The position numbers and the translations under genes were made by a program. A DNA stretch of 63,979 nt, counting the filler, from Barthelona sp. PAP020 (lineage: Eukaryota), in the NCBI GenBank assembly GCA_040182905.1. It is 4 parts of 4 records of this genome, joined end to end, with 100 filler letters (N's around TTAATTAATTAA, not from the genome) between each part and the next. Parts side by side here need not be neighbours in the genome. Positions count along the whole stretch, not along the records: positions 52,616 to 63,979 come from JARQWU010000374.1; 3 more parts are not named here. One strand, written 5' to 3'. Below, one piece after another: positions 62,933 through 63,979 of this stretch. Numbering within the stretch: position 1 is the first letter of the stretch; every line of letters starts with the position of its first letter. A model generated the notes under the pieces. That model saw only the letters and a list, made by a program, of their open reading frames with translations. It was not told the DNA's origin and did no database searches.

Positions 62933-63658
62933 CTATAGATAGCCATTGTAGGGTGTCACTTGTTGAGAAAAACTGTTTGGTGGATACGTTGATGTGTGTA
63001 CATTGTCAAAAAAGGGAGGATACACCAAATCACCATGATGCTCATTGCCTAAAGGTTCAGACATATCGGCAATAGTAAGATGAGAATGCGGTAAGGTATC
63101 TACTTGTTGTGTCATATGCATACCAACTCCAACTCCCACATTTGACGATGGTTGAATTTGTGAATATGATTGAGTGATAAAATCTGTTAAATATTCAATT
63201 TGCCTTTCCAATTTTCTGACTTGAGACTGTAAATCAAAATGAAGCAAAAGGAGATTCTCAACGTTAACTTTCGGTAGATTATCTGTCAATATCTCAACAT
63301 CTTTAACTTGTTTGTAATGAGAATTAACCAAAATACTATCTTCAATGCTGCTATACTGAGAACTCACTTGCTCTTTTATTCTATTGAATTGTGAATTTAA
63401 AAGTTCTTCTTCCCTTTGTCTTAATTCTTCCATTCTTTCAATTTCAGATAGATCATTGATTTCCTTCAGGTTATTTCGATGCTTTATGGTAGGAACATGT
63501 TTGGTCCAATCTTTTGATAGCAAACACTTACATGGTAAACATATAATTTGTTTTTCTCCTACACTATTGGCTCTTTCAATTATATAATTTTGTTGTTTTT
63601 TCAATTGATATCCATGTTTGTTTCCTCCTTTCCTCTTTTCAATTTTCATATCAACCAT
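62933..63658 (-). CDS. U1/matrin-type C2H2 zinc-finger coiled-coil protein
   Basis: CLPCKC...WTKHVPTIKHRNN. Confidence 0.7.
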   Translation of the reverse strand: MVDMKIEKRKGGNKHGYQLKKQQNYIIERANSVGEKQIICLPCKCLLSKDWTKHVPTIKHRNNLKEINDLSEIERMEELRQREEELLNSQFNRIKEQVSSQYSSIEDSILVNSHYKQVKDVEILTDNLPKVNVENLLLLHFDLQSQVRKLERQIEYLTDFITQSYSQIQPSSNVGVGVGMHMTQQVDTLPHSHLTIADMSEPLGNEHHGDLVYPPFFDNVHTSTYPPNSFSQQVTPYNGYL

Positions 63659-63759
63659 TTTGTTTCTATTTTAATGTCAATGGATTATTTTACAGACTAA
63701 AACCCAAATAAATAGACAAGAAAGAATATTTGATTTTTCTCTCCAAATTTTTTTTTCCT

Positions 63760-63979
63760 ATGGTAATCACCGAATTAAATTCCAAACAAACACAATGTTT
63801 GAGTTTATTGAAAGCTATTTCACCATATCAATCAGGACATTTACTTTTCAATTGTGTTAATTATTGGATTGAACAAAAAGTATTTTATTGTAATTATTCA
63901 CCATATTCTAATACTTTAGATATTTACTGAAGATGATTTGGCTCAATTGAAGTTTCAATTATTGAAAGATACTTGTTGT
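63760..63979 (+). CDS. EIF3E: Translation initiation factor 3 subunit E, 5' part (exon 1 63760-63879, exon 2 from 63920)
   Basis: Spliced product ISPYQSGHLLFNCVNYWIEQK|IFTEDDLAQLKFQLLKDT matches the eIF3e N-terminus pattern (DRHLVFPLLEFL..KE|IY..ELL..KLDLL.DT). Confidence 0.75.
63880..63919 (+). other. 40-nt spliceosomal intron
   Basis: GTATTT...TTCTAATACTTTAG; removal restores the eIF3e reading frame. Confidence 0.85.

Noticed and set aside
1136..63587. Numerous 60-170 aa ORFs overlapping real genes
   Set aside because: Antisense or off-frame shadows with no recognisable motifs.
1..63979. Alternative genetic code or stop readthrough
   Set aside because: Conserved genes have no internal stops and end in TAA, TAG (13936, 43851) or TGA (12527, 47905); apparent exceptions are explained by introns.

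Overview
Eukaryotic nuclear DNA: very AT-rich, gene-dense, intron-poor and read in the standard genetic code (TAA, TAG and TGA all act as stops). Centriole/axoneme-type genes suggest a flagellated protist, but the species cannot be named from sequence alone. The window is four unlinked contigs (1-17505, 17606-35011, 35112-52515, 52616-end) joined by artificial 100-nt N44-TTAATTAATTAA-N44 spacers, so gene order across the spacers means nothing. Recognisable genes: FEX fluoride exporter, TBCC, ER DnaJ, PP2C, CAF-1 p60-like WD40, amino-acid transporter, 14-3-3, M18 aminopeptidase, an HhH glycosylase-like protein, RanBPM-like, Yak1/DYRK, ELF1, GT2, CEP72-like, CysRS, a xanthine oxidoreductase-family molybdoenzyme, ankyrin protein, STAG/Scc3, PPT and eIF3e. 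The most striking observation is that the molybdoenzyme has all four Cys ligands of its N-terminal [2Fe-2S] cluster replaced by Ser/Thr and a rewired substrate pocket. Other points: three short 5'-proximal introns missed by the ORF track, a recurrent TGTAAA candidate poly(A) signal, tiny divergent promoters and a structured ncRNA candidate near 52.1-52.2 kb. All family calls are by-eye motif recognition, not database searches.
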